A DNA stretch of 64,000 nucleotides from Rhodospirillaceae bacterium (GCA_002708305.1 PANE01000027.1:24244-88243); one strand, 5' to 3'. Positions 1-9,331 are shown, counted from the stretch's first letter. Notes: generated by a model not told the origin, from the letters alone. A program made the numbers and translations.

Positions 1-25
1 ATTATGCGAATTTAATACGAGCGGA

Positions 26-532
26 GTGAATAAAATTTTAGCCAAACTATGTGTAATAATTGGCCCATCTGAAAGCGGTAAAGATACCCTTATAAGCGGT
101 GCAAGATTATTGTTGAAGAACGAAAAGCGTTATGTCTTTGTCGAGAGAGAAATCACACGCCCAAAAACAAAAGGTGCTGAAAATCATATTGAAATTTCAC
201 GAAACGAATTCGAAAGGAAAAAACGAGCAAAAGAATACTCATTATACTGGTTTGCCAATGGATTAGGGTATGGAGTGACAAACTTAGATAGATATTTAAG
301 ACAGGGAAAATTTACTATTTTGAATGGATCTAGGGGTGCTTTAAAGGATATTTGCGAGAAATATAAAGGTGCTGTAATAATACAAGTGGAAGTTCCTGCC
401 GAATTGCTACGGGAGCGCCTGCAGGCAAGGGCGCGTGAAAGTAGTTCGGATATAGACGCTCGGCTAGCTCGAGGGATTGCATTGAAAGTATTAGATCCCA
501 AGATATTAAATTTTATAAACGACAAGGCATAA
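26..532 (+). CDS. phnN: ribose 1,5-bisphosphate phosphokinase PhnN
   Basis: 168-aa ORF with GTG start. P-loop GPSESGKDT, plus NGSR and ARLARG segments colinear with E. coli PhnN as I recall it. Lies next to the phn genes. Confidence 0.8.
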   Translation: MNKILAKLCVIIGPSESGKDTLISGARLLLKNEKRYVFVEREITRPKTKGAENHIEISRNEFERKKRAKEYSLYWFANGLGYGVTNLDRYLRQGKFTILNGSRGALKDICEKYKGAVIIQVEVPAELLRERLQARARESSSDIDARLARGIALKVLDPKILNFINDKA

Positions 533-612
533 ACGAATCTACTAATGAATTCGTTGCTTTACCGAGAAATTTAAGCAATCATTAACTGCAAACAAAAAAA
601 AGGATCAAAACC

Positions 613-966
613 ATGCCGTTAAAAGAAAAGTATCTCTTCATCGTCAGCATGGATGTCTCCCCTGATAAGGAAGATTTATTTAATGAAGTTTATGATAACG
701 AACATGTACCTTACCTATCAGAGGTACCCGGCGTTATTGCAATATCCAGATATACCAAGGAGCCTGTGAAAATCAGCTTAGGTGGTGAGATCAAGACAAT
801 CGAAATGGAAGATGAGCCAAAGTATACTGCTATTTATGAAGTGGCTGGACCTGAAGTGATGTCAAGTGATGCATGGGCTGAGGCGGGAGAAAAAGGGAGA
901 TGGGGGCCAGAGGTTAGACCCCACACGTTCAACCGTCGGCATGTTTTACGCAAAGTTATTCAGTGA
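613..966 (+). CDS. small hypothetical protein, possibly an EthD/DUF4286-like alpha+beta barrel
   Basis: 117-aa ORF with an AAGGA Shine-Dalgarno about 8 nt upstream of the ATG. Family assignment rests only on general sequence character. Confidence 0.45.
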   Translation: MPLKEKYLFIVSMDVSPDKEDLFNEVYDNEHVPYLSEVPGVIAISRYTKEPVKISLGGEIKTIEMEDEPKYTAIYEVAGPEVMSSDAWAEAGEKGRWGPEVRPHTFNRRHVLRKVIQ

Positions 967-975
967 ATTTTTTGT

Positions 976-1318
976 TCAACCTTTTATTGGTTGTTTTATA
1001 TGTGGCATGAAATGTTCCGGTGGTGGAGTTACTCTCGAGAGAGATCTGACTTGTTCATCCCATCTCCATAGTGTCACGTCATCTCCAAAATATTAAATTT
1101 GTTCAAATTCAATATTTTCTTGATTAAAGAATGGCCCTCCTTAAACTTTTGGATAGTAACGAGAAATATTCAGGGTTAGTGGCAATTAAATAAAGTTTGG
1201 CTTTAATGTGCCAGCGAATAGTAAATAAAACGTCGTCGCCAAACAAGGGCGCCAAAACTGCTATTGCCTTCTTTTCGTGCTCCGCGTCTATTCCGCTTTC
1301 TATAGACGAAATTCCCAA
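976..1318 (-). pseudogene. decayed HD-domain phosphonate-degradation oxygenase (PhnZ/TIGR03276-like) relic
   Basis: The 64-aa ORF 1124..1318 reads GIDAEHE..WHIKAKLYLIATNPEYFSLLSKSL. After a frameshift near 1140 the reading continues GGPFFNQENIEFEQI. An in-frame TAA follows at 1093..1095, then YFGDDVTLWRWDEQ..TPPPEHFMP, ending at the TGA at 976..978. The N-terminal HD-motif half is missing, because phnL ends only 37 nt upstream. Confidence 0.5.
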
Positions 1319-1355
1319 TCCATATTTGTTACCATTATTTCAGTTTAGGAATTTG

Positions 1356-2066
1356 TCATGCTGCTTTTTTTGCCTCTTCAATATTAAAAATTGTAGTTCC
1401 AACGGAATCACGAACAGACTGGTCATGAAAGATACCTATTATTGCAGTTCCTTTGTCCTTGGCATTTTTGATTAAGTCTATAACCGCCTGCTTATTTTTC
1501 GTGTCAAGAGAAGCCGTTGGCTCATCAAGTAATAAAATAGGGAAGTCTCTTACAAAGGTTATAGCAATATTGACTCGTTGTTGTTCACCACCAGAAAAAG
1601 TTGCTGGAGGCAGGTTCCAAAGGTTTTCAGGTATAGCTAATTTCTTTAGAATATCTTTTGCCCGATTGATAGAATTTACTTCTGTTTCCCCGCGGCTTAG
1701 AAGCGGTTCTGCAACTAGATCGAGTGTTGAGATTCGTGGTATAACACGTAAAAATTGACTGACATAACCGAGGGTTTGTTTTCTTACATCTAAAATCAAA
1801 TGCGGCGGGGCTCCGACTAAATTTATCCACGATTGATTATGGTAAATGTTGATTTCCCCCAAATGAGTAAGATAATTACCATAAATTGATCGAAGAAGCG
1901 TTGATTTTCCAGTTCCCGACGAACCAGAGAGTACTAGGCATTCTCCTTTGCTTAAAGAGAATGAAATATTATAAAAAACAGGGAGCTCAAAGCTATTCTG
2001 ATTATGGAGTATGAAACTCTTTTTTAAGTTGTTAACAGATAGCACTTCTCTAAGTTTATTTTTCAT
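1356..2066 (-). CDS. phnL: C-P lyase system ATP-binding protein PhnL
   Basis: 236-aa ABC-type ATPase with Walker A GSSGTGKST, signature FSGGEQQR and Walker B LLLDEPT. Follows phnK. Confidence 0.85.
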   Translation of the reverse strand: MKNKLREVLSVNNLKKSFILHNQNSFELPVFYNISFSLSKGECLVLSGSSGTGKSTLLRSIYGNYLTHLGEINIYHNQSWINLVGAPPHLILDVRKQTLGYVSQFLRVIPRISTLDLVAEPLLSRGETEVNSINRAKDILKKLAIPENLWNLPPATFSGGEQQRVNIAITFVRDFPILLLDEPTASLDTKNKQAVIDLIKNAKDKGTAIIGIFHDQSVRDSVGTTIFNIEEAKKAA

Positions 2067-2073
2067 TTTTAAC

Positions 2074-2859
2074 TCAAATAGGAAGAATGGAAGAGACTAA
2101 TAACTGCGTGTAAGGGGCTTGCGGGTCATCTAAAACTTGGTCTGTTAGGCCTTGCTCTACAACCTTTCCGGATTTCATTACCATTAGTCTATGGGACAAA
2201 AGACGCATCACACCAAGATCGTGGCTTACTATCACACAGGAGATGCCAAGTTGATTAACGAGCCCTCTGACTAAGTCTAACAGACGAGCTTGAACGGATA
2301 CATCCAGTCCACTCGTAGGCTCATCCATAAAAACTAGCCGAGGTTTAGTTATTAAATTCCGGGCTATTTGAAGTCTTTGAAGCATTCCGCCTGAAAAGGT
2401 TTTGGGAAAATGGTCTATTCTACCAAGATCCATTTCTACTTTATTAAGCCAATCATTAGATTCGGCGCGGATATAAGAATAATTTCGGGCGCCGACTGCC
2501 ATCAAACGTTCTCCAACATTAGCTCCAGCTGAAACGTTCATGCGAAGGCCATCCTTTGGGTTCTGATAAATAATACCCCAATCGGTGCGCATTAAAAGAC
2601 GACGTTCTGGCTCACTCATTTGATAAATATCACTGGGGCCTTCAATTCGTTTATCGAATTCTATTGTTCCTTGGGTCGGTGGCAGTAATCCTGATATAAT
2701 TTTTAAAAGTGTTGTCTTTCCAGAACCAGACTCACCAACAATTCCAAGAATTTCCCCGTTATAAACTTCAAGATTTATCTCCTCACAGCCGACCTGATCC
2801 CCATAATAATGTGACAACTCTGTAACCCTTAAAAGCGGTGTTTCTTTGTTTGATGTCAC
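2074..2859 (-). CDS. phnK: C-P lyase system ATP-binding protein PhnK
   Basis: 261-aa ABC-type ATPase with GESGSGKTT, FSGGMLQR and VFMDEPT. Its start overlaps the phnJ stop by 4 nt. Confidence 0.9.
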   Translation of the reverse strand: MTSNKETPLLRVTELSHYYGDQVGCEEINLEVYNGEILGIVGESGSGKTTLLKIISGLLPPTQGTIEFDKRIEGPSDIYQMSEPERRLLMRTDWGIIYQNPKDGLRMNVSAGANVGERLMAVGARNYSYIRAESNDWLNKVEMDLGRIDHFPKTFSGGMLQRLQIARNLITKPRLVFMDEPTSGLDVSVQARLLDLVRGLVNQLGISCVIVSHDLGVMRLLSHRLMVMKSGKVVEQGLTDQVLDDPQAPYTQLLVSSILPI

Positions 2860-3779
2860 AAGGTTTCTCCAGAAGAAGTTACAGGTCCATCCTTAATTTT
2901 TTCTGTTTCTTCTCTACAAAAATTGCTATCGGAGCAAACAAACATCCGTGAACCTTCATCATCTATTATGACCTCGTCCAAGAAGCTATTTGATGAACCG
3001 CAGAGTGCACAGGATTCCTCCCAACTTTCGATAGCGAAAGGATGATCCTCAAAATCAAGACTTTTAACTTTGGTGAAAGGAGGAACGGCATAAATTCTTT
3101 TTTCCCGTCCGGCGCCGAATAATTGTAAAGCAGGCATTTTATCCATTTTAGGATTGTCAAATTTTGGTATTGGACTGGGTGACATAATATAACGATCATT
3201 AACCTGAACAGGGTAGTTGTAGGATGTCGTGACGCGTCCGAAATGTGCAATATTTTCATACAATCCAACGTGCATGACACCATATTCAGCCAAGGCATGC
3301 ATTTTTCGTGTTTCGGACTCACGCTGTTCTAGCCAACGAAGAGGTTCGGGGATAGGGACCTGATAAACAAGAATTTGTTTCGCCGATAATGGATTTTCGG
3401 GAATTCTATGACGAGTTTGTATGACCGTCGCTTCGGTTGTCTTTTCAGTTGTTTCAATGCCGGCGGTTTTTCCAAAAAAGTTTCTTATATTTATTGCATT
3501 TGTAGTATCGTCTGCGCCTTGATCAATGACTTTCAGAATATCATCTTTACCTATGATACTAGCTGTAATCTGAATTCCTCCGGTACCCCATCCAAACGGT
3601 AGTGGCATCTCTCTACTGCCAAATGGCACCTGATATCCTGGGATTGCAACTGCTTTCAGGATTGCTCTTCTAATCATACGTTTTGTTTGATCATCGAGAT
3701 AAGCAAAATTATATCCTTCTAGTATCTCCGGAGTTTCTGTTGAATTACCAGCCTTTTCTGATTGATTGGATATAGCCAT
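2856..3779 (-). CDS. phnJ: alpha-D-ribose 1-methylphosphonate 5-phosphate C-P lyase PhnJ
   Basis: 307 aa, nearly colinear with E. coli PhnJ (GYNFAYLDDQTKRMIRRAILKAVAIPGYQVPF, PKFDNPKM). C-terminal Cys cluster CALCGS..FVCSDSNFC. Confidence 0.95.
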   Translation of the reverse strand: MAISNQSEKAGNSTETPEILEGYNFAYLDDQTKRMIRRAILKAVAIPGYQVPFGSREMPLPFGWGTGGIQITASIIGKDDILKVIDQGADDTTNAINIRNFFGKTAGIETTEKTTEATVIQTRHRIPENPLSAKQILVYQVPIPEPLRWLEQRESETRKMHALAEYGVMHVGLYENIAHFGRVTTSYNYPVQVNDRYIMSPSPIPKFDNPKMDKMPALQLFGAGREKRIYAVPPFTKVKSLDFEDHPFAIESWEESCALCGSSNSFLDEVIIDDEGSRMFVCSDSNFCREETEKIKDGPVTSSGETL

Positions 3780-3784
3780 TGATA

Positions 3785-4900
3785 CTACTCCGTCGCCGCT
3801 ATATCAGAGATTGGTTTAACAATGTTTGTTTTGTCGATGTTTGCTTCTCCTCTAAGCGCTCTGACGGTTACCAATTCGGATTGAAAATCAACGTAATGAG
3901 GTAATTTAAGGTGCTGAACAAACCCTGAAGCTTCGACGTTACACGAATGGCTTAGCACGAATTCTTCGTCCTGGGCAGGTGCTTGCACATGTTCATCTAG
4001 TTCTCGAGTTCGAAGTGCTCTATCGACTATCCCCATGGCCATGGTTTTACGCTCATTGTGACCGAAACTTAAGCCATACCCGCGAGTAAACTGGGCTGGG
4101 ATGTCAGATGAGCCTTTGAATTGGTTAATCATCTGACACTCAGTTATGGTTATTTCACCAATTTCAATAGAAAACCCAAGCTCGTCAGGTATGAACTCTA
4201 TCGATAACTCACCCATTCGTATTTCCCCAGCAAAAGGATGGTTCCGTCCCCAGCCTCGCTGCGTAGAGTAAGCCAATGCGAGTAAAAAACCTTCATCTCC
4301 TCGTGCTAGGTTCTGAAGGCGAGCTGGACGGTCGGCTGGGAATTTAAGGGACTCTCGGGTAAGGTCAAACGGTTCATTATCGTCCTCAGCCGTTTCTTCT
4401 TCAATTAGTCCTTCATTGTTTAGAAGGTCGGTAACCCGCGGCATGTTTCTGTCTACAGTGCCGTCAGCCTCCATAGCTTCTGGGACGTCGCCATTAGCAG
4501 CTAATGAAAAGTCTAATAGTCGATGTGTATAGTCGAAACTTGGACCTAAAACTTGCCCTCCTGGTAGATCCTTAAATGTTGCAGAGATACGACGCCGTAT
4601 CGACATATTGGCGGTTTCAATAGGAACCGTAGTGCCAAAACGTGGAAGAGTTGTTCTGTAAGCTCGTAGAAGAAATATTGCTTCTACAAGATCACCGCAA
4701 GATTGTTTCACAGCTAACGCTGCCAGTTCTCTGTCATATAATGAAGCTTCCGCCATAACTCTATCTAAAGAAAGTGATAATTGGTTCTGAATTTGATCTA
4801 AGGTTAGTTCTTTTACATTTTTATCTCCCCTTCTTTCTTCCGCCAGAAGTTCCTGAGAGTTTTTAATTGCGCTTTCGCCGCCTTTGACTGCCACATACAT
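3785..4900 (-). CDS. phnI: C-P lyase core complex subunit PhnI
   Basis: 371 aa. The N-terminus MYVAVKGGESAI and the segment VEAIFLLRAYRTTLPRF match PhnI. Lies between phnH and phnJ. Confidence 0.9.
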   Translation of the reverse strand: MYVAVKGGESAIKNSQELLAEERRGDKNVKELTLDQIQNQLSLSLDRVMAEASLYDRELAALAVKQSCGDLVEAIFLLRAYRTTLPRFGTTVPIETANMSIRRRISATFKDLPGGQVLGPSFDYTHRLLDFSLAANGDVPEAMEADGTVDRNMPRVTDLLNNEGLIEEETAEDDNEPFDLTRESLKFPADRPARLQNLARGDEGFLLALAYSTQRGWGRNHPFAGEIRMGELSIEFIPDELGFSIEIGEITITECQMINQFKGSSDIPAQFTRGYGLSFGHNERKTMAMGIVDRALRTRELDEHVQAPAQDEEFVLSHSCNVEASGFVQHLKLPHYVDFQSELVTVRALRGEANIDKTNIVKPISDIAATE

Positions 4901-4923
4901 AATCAGGATCCATCCATTAGATT

Positions 4924-5535
4924 TTATAAAACGTCAATTTTTGTAGTTCGCGGAACTGAAATCATTTTGTTGTTTTGAGTGAAGACAAGATCTAAACCTC
5001 TTGGAAAAAGGGATTGAAGTTCTTCTCGATCTGACCAAAAACCCTTATTTATCGAACCAACAGAAACATATCGATTTGTTTTTATTCCTGGTCCCTCAAA
5101 TTGCAGTTGTGCTCGCGTAGAGATTTCATCTGTTTGAATAATTAATGTTGAACTGTTTTCTGGATAATCTGCAGTCCCTGCGCAGAATTCATCCAAGCTA
5201 GGTATCGAAGTTCCAAGAATACAAAAACTCGCTTTTTTGGGCTTGTCAGCGATTTTAAGGCCTGTATGAAATTTTAAATATTTTATCACTTCGTGAGTCT
5301 TTAGAGAGGTCTCGATCCATAAATTGGTTTCAAAATCGAACAGGCTTAGACAAATAGCGGCCGTAGCTATTGAAAGGGGGTGAGGGGGAACCAATTGTGC
5401 ATTTATTGTTAAAATGCTCCCTGGTTCTGCCATCGATTTAAGTATCTGTCGAAAAACAGATTGGCTGTCATGGGATGGATTGTTAAACGCCTTGCCAGTT
5501 GGTAGGTCATCTATAACATGTTTATTAATGGACAT
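4924..5535 (-). CDS. phnH: C-P lyase core complex subunit PhnH
   Basis: 203 aa. The N-terminal segment AFNNPSHDSQSVFRQILKSMAEPG resembles E. coli PhnH. Operon position fits. Confidence 0.85.
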   Translation of the reverse strand: MSINKHVIDDLPTGKAFNNPSHDSQSVFRQILKSMAEPGSILTINAQLVPPHPLSIATAAICLSLFDFETNLWIETSLKTHEVIKYLKFHTGLKIADKPKKASFCILGTSIPSLDEFCAGTADYPENSSTLIIQTDEISTRAQLQFEGPGIKTNRYVSVGSINKGFWSDREELQSLFPRGLDLVFTQNNKMISVPRTTKIDVL

Positions 5536-5537
5536 TT

Positions 5538-6008
5538 TTAATGTCCCCGAGCCATCGTGAAAAAATTGACTTTGGTATTGGCAGCTTTTTTACTCCGCTG
5601 CGCTCTAAGCTCTTCAAGGGTCTCTTTAAGTGGCGTAATTAAATTATCAAATATCTGTAAGTGGCTAGCAGGTGTTTGAAGCATCGCATCTAAAACGGCG
5701 CAAAGTTCTGCCTGTTTTTTTGATCGTCCCTGAACGTAACTTAGGCCGGCATTTCCGTTTTTAAGCCTAACTGCCGCTCTTGTAATTGTCACTTCTCCAA
5801 GATTAAAAGCTTTGCCATTGCCGCCAGTCCGACCCTGTACCATAACCATTCCGATTTCAGGCTTTCTTATAAGTTCCCATTCTGGGTTGAGTTCTAGTTT
5901 ATTCCATAGGGCTTGTATCTCTGACAATGGTGATTTTGCTAGAATGGATAGCCACGACCTTCTATTTATTTCTGTGGTTCTATTTTTTTGTTCATTGGCA
6001 CGTTTCAT
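5538..6008 (-). CDS. phnG: C-P lyase core complex subunit PhnG
   Basis: The ORF track extends to 6095, but homology to PhnG begins at the internal Met (MKRANEQ..RSWLSILAK). A GGGAA Shine-Dalgarno lies about 7 nt upstream of the ATG at 6008. The extra 29 codons are AT-rich and hydrophobic. Confidence 0.85.
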   Translation of the reverse strand: MKRANEQKNRTTEINRRSWLSILAKSPLSEIQALWNKLELNPEWELIRKPEIGMVMVQGRTGGNGKAFNLGEVTITRAAVRLKNGNAGLSYVQGRSKKQAELCAVLDAMLQTPASHLQIFDNLITPLKETLEELRAQRSKKAANTKVNFFTMARGH

Positions 6009-6035
6009 TAATATTTCCCAACCAATTGGATATTT

Positions 6036-6043
6036 GTCTAGAC
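6036..6043. promoter_or_regulatory. candidate PhnF (HutC-type GntR) operator, palindrome GTCTAGAC
   Basis: Perfect 8-bp palindrome fitting the HutC-subfamily core GT-N-TA-N-AC. Lies 28-35 nt upstream of the likely phnG start, in the phnG/phnF divergent region. Confidence 0.3.
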
Positions 6044-6147
6044 GTTTAGATGAAAACAAGTTAAGGCTAACAACAATAACATTGAAGTAAAGCAAAAAAA
6101 TATTGAATTTTTATTATTAGTAACGGCATTAATCATAGGAATATAGT

Positions 6148-6864
6148 ATGGACCGAGGTTCTGGGCTGGCTTTATGGAGACAAATAGCCGACCATATCAA
6201 AAGTGATATTAAAAAAGATATATTCACTCCTGGCGCTAAACTCCCTACAGAGATCACGCTAGCGCAAAAGTTTAATGTAAACAGGCATACTATAAGACGT
6301 TCAATCTCTGAATTAGTTGAAGAGGGATTAATAAGAGTCGATCAAGGGCGTGGTACTTTTGTGATTGACCAAGTGGTTGATTATCAATTAGGCCGTAGAA
6401 CCCGGTTCACCGAAAGTGTTCGGAAGCAAAATAAAAACCCAATTGCTAAAACTCTGAATTTTACGACGGTATCTGCTGGTCGTGACATTGCAGGGTCATT
6501 AAAGATTAACGAAAAGTCCGACGTTGTTTGTTTGGAAACTATTCGTGAAATAGATAATCGTCCGTTGGCTATTGGATCTCATTATTTCCCAAAGCAAAGG
6601 TTTCCTAATTTAATCGAAGTTTTTAAAGAGGAAGGTTCCATCTCGGGAATGCTGAGTGCGTTTGGTTGTGGTGATTATGAACGACATACAACTAAAATTA
6701 CTGCTAGGCCCCCAACCAAAACCGAGGCGTCAATATTAATTCAATCTCGTAATCTTCCTATTTTAGTTACAGAATCAATTAATGTAGACAAACATAAACA
6801 ACCAATTGAGTATGGTGTTTCAAGGTTTGCTGCTGATAGAGTACAATTGGTTGTTGAGACTTAA
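6148..6864 (+). CDS. phnF: GntR/HutC-family transcriptional regulator PhnF
   Basis: 238 aa with an N-terminal winged HTH (LPTEITLAQKFNVNRHTIRRSISELVEEGLI) and a UTRA-like C-terminal domain. Divergent from phnG. Confidence 0.8.
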   Translation: MDRGSGLALWRQIADHIKSDIKKDIFTPGAKLPTEITLAQKFNVNRHTIRRSISELVEEGLIRVDQGRGTFVIDQVVDYQLGRRTRFTESVRKQNKNPIAKTLNFTTVSAGRDIAGSLKINEKSDVVCLETIREIDNRPLAIGSHYFPKQRFPNLIEVFKEEGSISGMLSAFGCGDYERHTTKITARPPTKTEASILIQSRNLPILVTESINVDKHKQPIEYGVSRFAADRVQLVVET

Positions 6865-6947
6865 TTCTCTTAGCTTCCTTGGTTATTGTTTGGGAACTTA
6901 ATATACCTTCTTTTGATAGCGAGATGAATTGAATACGGTATAAATTA

Positions 6948-7610
6948 ATGAAGAAAATTAACATTTATCTTAATTTCTATAAAGAGCATTTATCTCCTTA
7001 TAGCAGGTCCAAATATATCAAACCATTTAACCACGTGGTTATTTTTTGCAGAGGAGGTGATCTTAAAAAAGATAGGAAAATTTTTTTAGATGAAGGTGAA
7101 GTCGCATATATTCACACACCGCTTGATTTTAGTGCTGGAGAAAACGGGGCCATATTGTGGTTTTGGGAATTGGTTGACCTCGAAAATACGGGTATACGGT
7201 TAGCTAGGAATGACGCCACGTATGATACAGAGATAAGTGAATTAATTTCAATCCCACAGCGGCTGGAAGATTCATTGATTCGTTGCGATACCGTATCCTT
7301 TCCTCCTTCTGGGTGCGCTTTTACTCACACACATGCAGGACCAGGAATTCGAGTGTTATTGGAAGGGGGAATCAGGATAGATGGAGAAGAAAGCTCCAGC
7401 CTATATAAGGTAGGAGATGCTTGGTTTGAAAATGGTATTGAGCCAGTCTTTGCTCAGGCTAACAAGAAAACTTCCTCTAGTTTTATCCGAGTGATAATTC
7501 TGCCAAGCGAGTTTATTGGCAAAACCTCGATCACATATGTTAATGAAGAGGACTTGGCAAAACCGAAAACACAGATGTATAGAGGATATATAGATGAACC
7601 ACTCAAATAA
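6948..7610 (+). CDS. cupin-domain protein, function unknown
   Basis: 220-aa ORF with a cupin-like metal motif region FTHTHAGPGIRVLLEGG..YKVGDAWF. Its 3' end overlaps the next gene by 17 nt. Confidence 0.5.
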   Translation: MKKINIYLNFYKEHLSPYSRSKYIKPFNHVVIFCRGGDLKKDRKIFLDEGEVAYIHTPLDFSAGENGAILWFWELVDLENTGIRLARNDATYDTEISELISIPQRLEDSLIRCDTVSFPPSGCAFTHTHAGPGIRVLLEGGIRIDGEESSSLYKVGDAWFENGIEPVFAQANKKTSSSFIRVIILPSEFIGKTSITYVNEEDLAKPKTQMYRGYIDEPLK

Positions 7611-9288
7611 TATGGATTTAAATGGAAAAAAAATGGGTGGTCATCTACTTGTAGATTCTCTAAGGACGCATGGTGTAGACATGGTTTTTGGTGTGCCCGG
7701 TGAGAGTTATCTTGCAGTTCTGGATGGATTACAGGACGCAAATAGCATTAGAACTATTATGTGCCGTCAAGAAGGTGGATCAGCTATGATGGCTGAAGCC
7801 TACGGTAAATTAACTGGAAAACCTGGGGTTTGTTTAGTTACAAGAGGGCCCGGTGCAACCAATGCTAGCGCAGGTATTCATATAGCGATGCAGGATTCTA
7901 CCCCGTTAGTTATGTTAGTTGGTCAGGTTGGGCGAGAAATGATGGATAGAGAAGCATTTCAAGAAATTGATTACCGGAGAATGTACGGGGAACTAACGAA
8001 ATGGGTTGCTCAAATTGAGGACACTAGCCGAATACCCGAATATATAAGTCGGGCATTCCACACCGCAACTTCAGGGCGGCCAGGACCGGTTGTACTAGCT
8101 TTGCCGGAAGATATGTTAACAGAATATGCGGACTCCAAAATTATTAATAGTTATCAGAAGATAGAGGCATACCCGTCTCCAACGGATCTTGTGCGATTTG
8201 AAAAAATGTTAATTAGTGCTAAATCTCCTCTAATGATAGTTGGGGGTGGTGGCTGGGATGAACCGTCTTGTCAAAAACTGCAAAGCTTTGCGGAAATAAA
8301 TAATTTACCAGTAGGTTGCTCCTTTCGATGTCAAGATTATTTTGACAACCGGCATCCAAATTATGTGGGTCATATTGGAATTGGGTTATCCAATTCCCTT
8401 AAGGACCGTATTCAAAATAGCGACTTGCTCGTTGTGGTAGGTGCAAGGCTAGGTGAGATAACAACTAGTGGTTATTCTTTGTTAGAAATACCCAAGCCTA
8501 AACAACAATTAATTCATGTTCATGCTGGGGCAGAGGAATTGGGTAGTGTATACCAAGCAGATCTTCCCATTAATGCGAGCCCAAGAAGTTTTATAGATTC
8601 TGTATCCCAATTAAAGGTATCTGGTTCTTCCCAATGGACCGCAAGCACCAAACTTGGTAACAGTGATTATTTGGAAACTCTGGTTCCAAAGGCAATTCCT
8701 GGTGATGTTCAGATGGGACAGATCGCGTGCTGGTTAAATGAAACATTGCCAGAGGATGCTATTATTTGTAACGGTGCTGGAAATTATGCAACGTGGATGC
8801 ATAGATTTTATCAGTATAGAAAATACCGGACCCAACTAGCTCCTACGAGTGGTTCAATGGGGTACGGTCTGCCATCTGCTGTGGCTGCAAAGTTGGTCTG
8901 CCCGGATAGAACTGTCGTAAGTATGAATGGTGATGGATGTTTTATGATGCATGGTCAGGAAATGGCTACTGCGATGCAATATGGTGCAAATATTATTGCT
9001 ATAGTAATAAATAATAGCATGTTTGGCACAATTAGAATGCATCAGGAGAGAGAGTACCCAGGTCGGATTGCAAATACTGGACTTCGAAATCCAGATTTTG
9101 CCGCGTTAGCGCGAGCATATGGTGCTATGGGGGAAACGGTAAATAAAACGGAAGAATTCCAACCAGCGTTTGAAAAAGCTCTTAAGGCAGATATTCCTGC
9201 TCTAATTGAAGTAAAAATAGATCCAGAGGCAATCACTCCTCTAACCACACTAACTGCTATACGGGAAACGGCGCTGGCAAAAAATTAA
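7594..9288 (+). CDS. thiamine-diphosphate-dependent enzyme, acetolactate-synthase-like, substrate unknown
   Basis: 564 aa. N-terminal PYR domain (GVDMVFGVPGESYL, RQEGGSAMMAEAYGK) and C-terminal PP domain with GSMGYGLP and NGDGCFMM..NN motifs. GAGGA Shine-Dalgarno 7 nt upstream of the ATG. Confidence 0.85.
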   Translation: MNHSNNMDLNGKKMGGHLLVDSLRTHGVDMVFGVPGESYLAVLDGLQDANSIRTIMCRQEGGSAMMAEAYGKLTGKPGVCLVTRGPGATNASAGIHIAMQDSTPLVMLVGQVGREMMDREAFQEIDYRRMYGELTKWVAQIEDTSRIPEYISRAFHTATSGRPGPVVLALPEDMLTEYADSKIINSYQKIEAYPSPTDLVRFEKMLISAKSPLMIVGGGGWDEPSCQKLQSFAEINNLPVGCSFRCQDYFDNRHPNYVGHIGIGLSNSLKDRIQNSDLLVVVGARLGEITTSGYSLLEIPKPKQQLIHVHAGAEELGSVYQADLPINASPRSFIDSVSQLKVSGSSQWTASTKLGNSDYLETLVPKAIPGDVQMGQIACWLNETLPEDAIICNGAGNYATWMHRFYQYRKYRTQLAPTSGSMGYGLPSAVAAKLVCPDRTVVSMNGDGCFMMHGQEMATAMQYGANIIAIVINNSMFGTIRMHQEREYPGRIANTGLRNPDFAALARAYGAMGETVNKTEEFQPAFEKALKADIPALIEVKIDPEAITPLTTLTAIRETALAKN

Positions 9289-9317
9289 AATTGCGATTTT
9301 GGGACAAAATTCTTTTT

Positions 9318-9331
9318 TTACAATATTGTAA
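9318..9331. promoter_or_regulatory. perfect 14-bp palindrome TTACAATATTGTAA, candidate operator
   Basis: Read directly from the sequence. Lies about 90 nt upstream of the BKACE gene, in the only sizeable intergenic gap of the cluster. Confidence 0.25.

Noticed and set aside
866-1475. + strand ORFs 866..1096 and 1197..1475 in the phnL-downstream gap.
   Set aside because: They overlap either the 3' end of the 117-aa gene, the HD-domain relic or phnL in antisense. They lack Shine-Dalgarno sequences and translate to Cys/Phe/Ser-rich low-complexity sequence.
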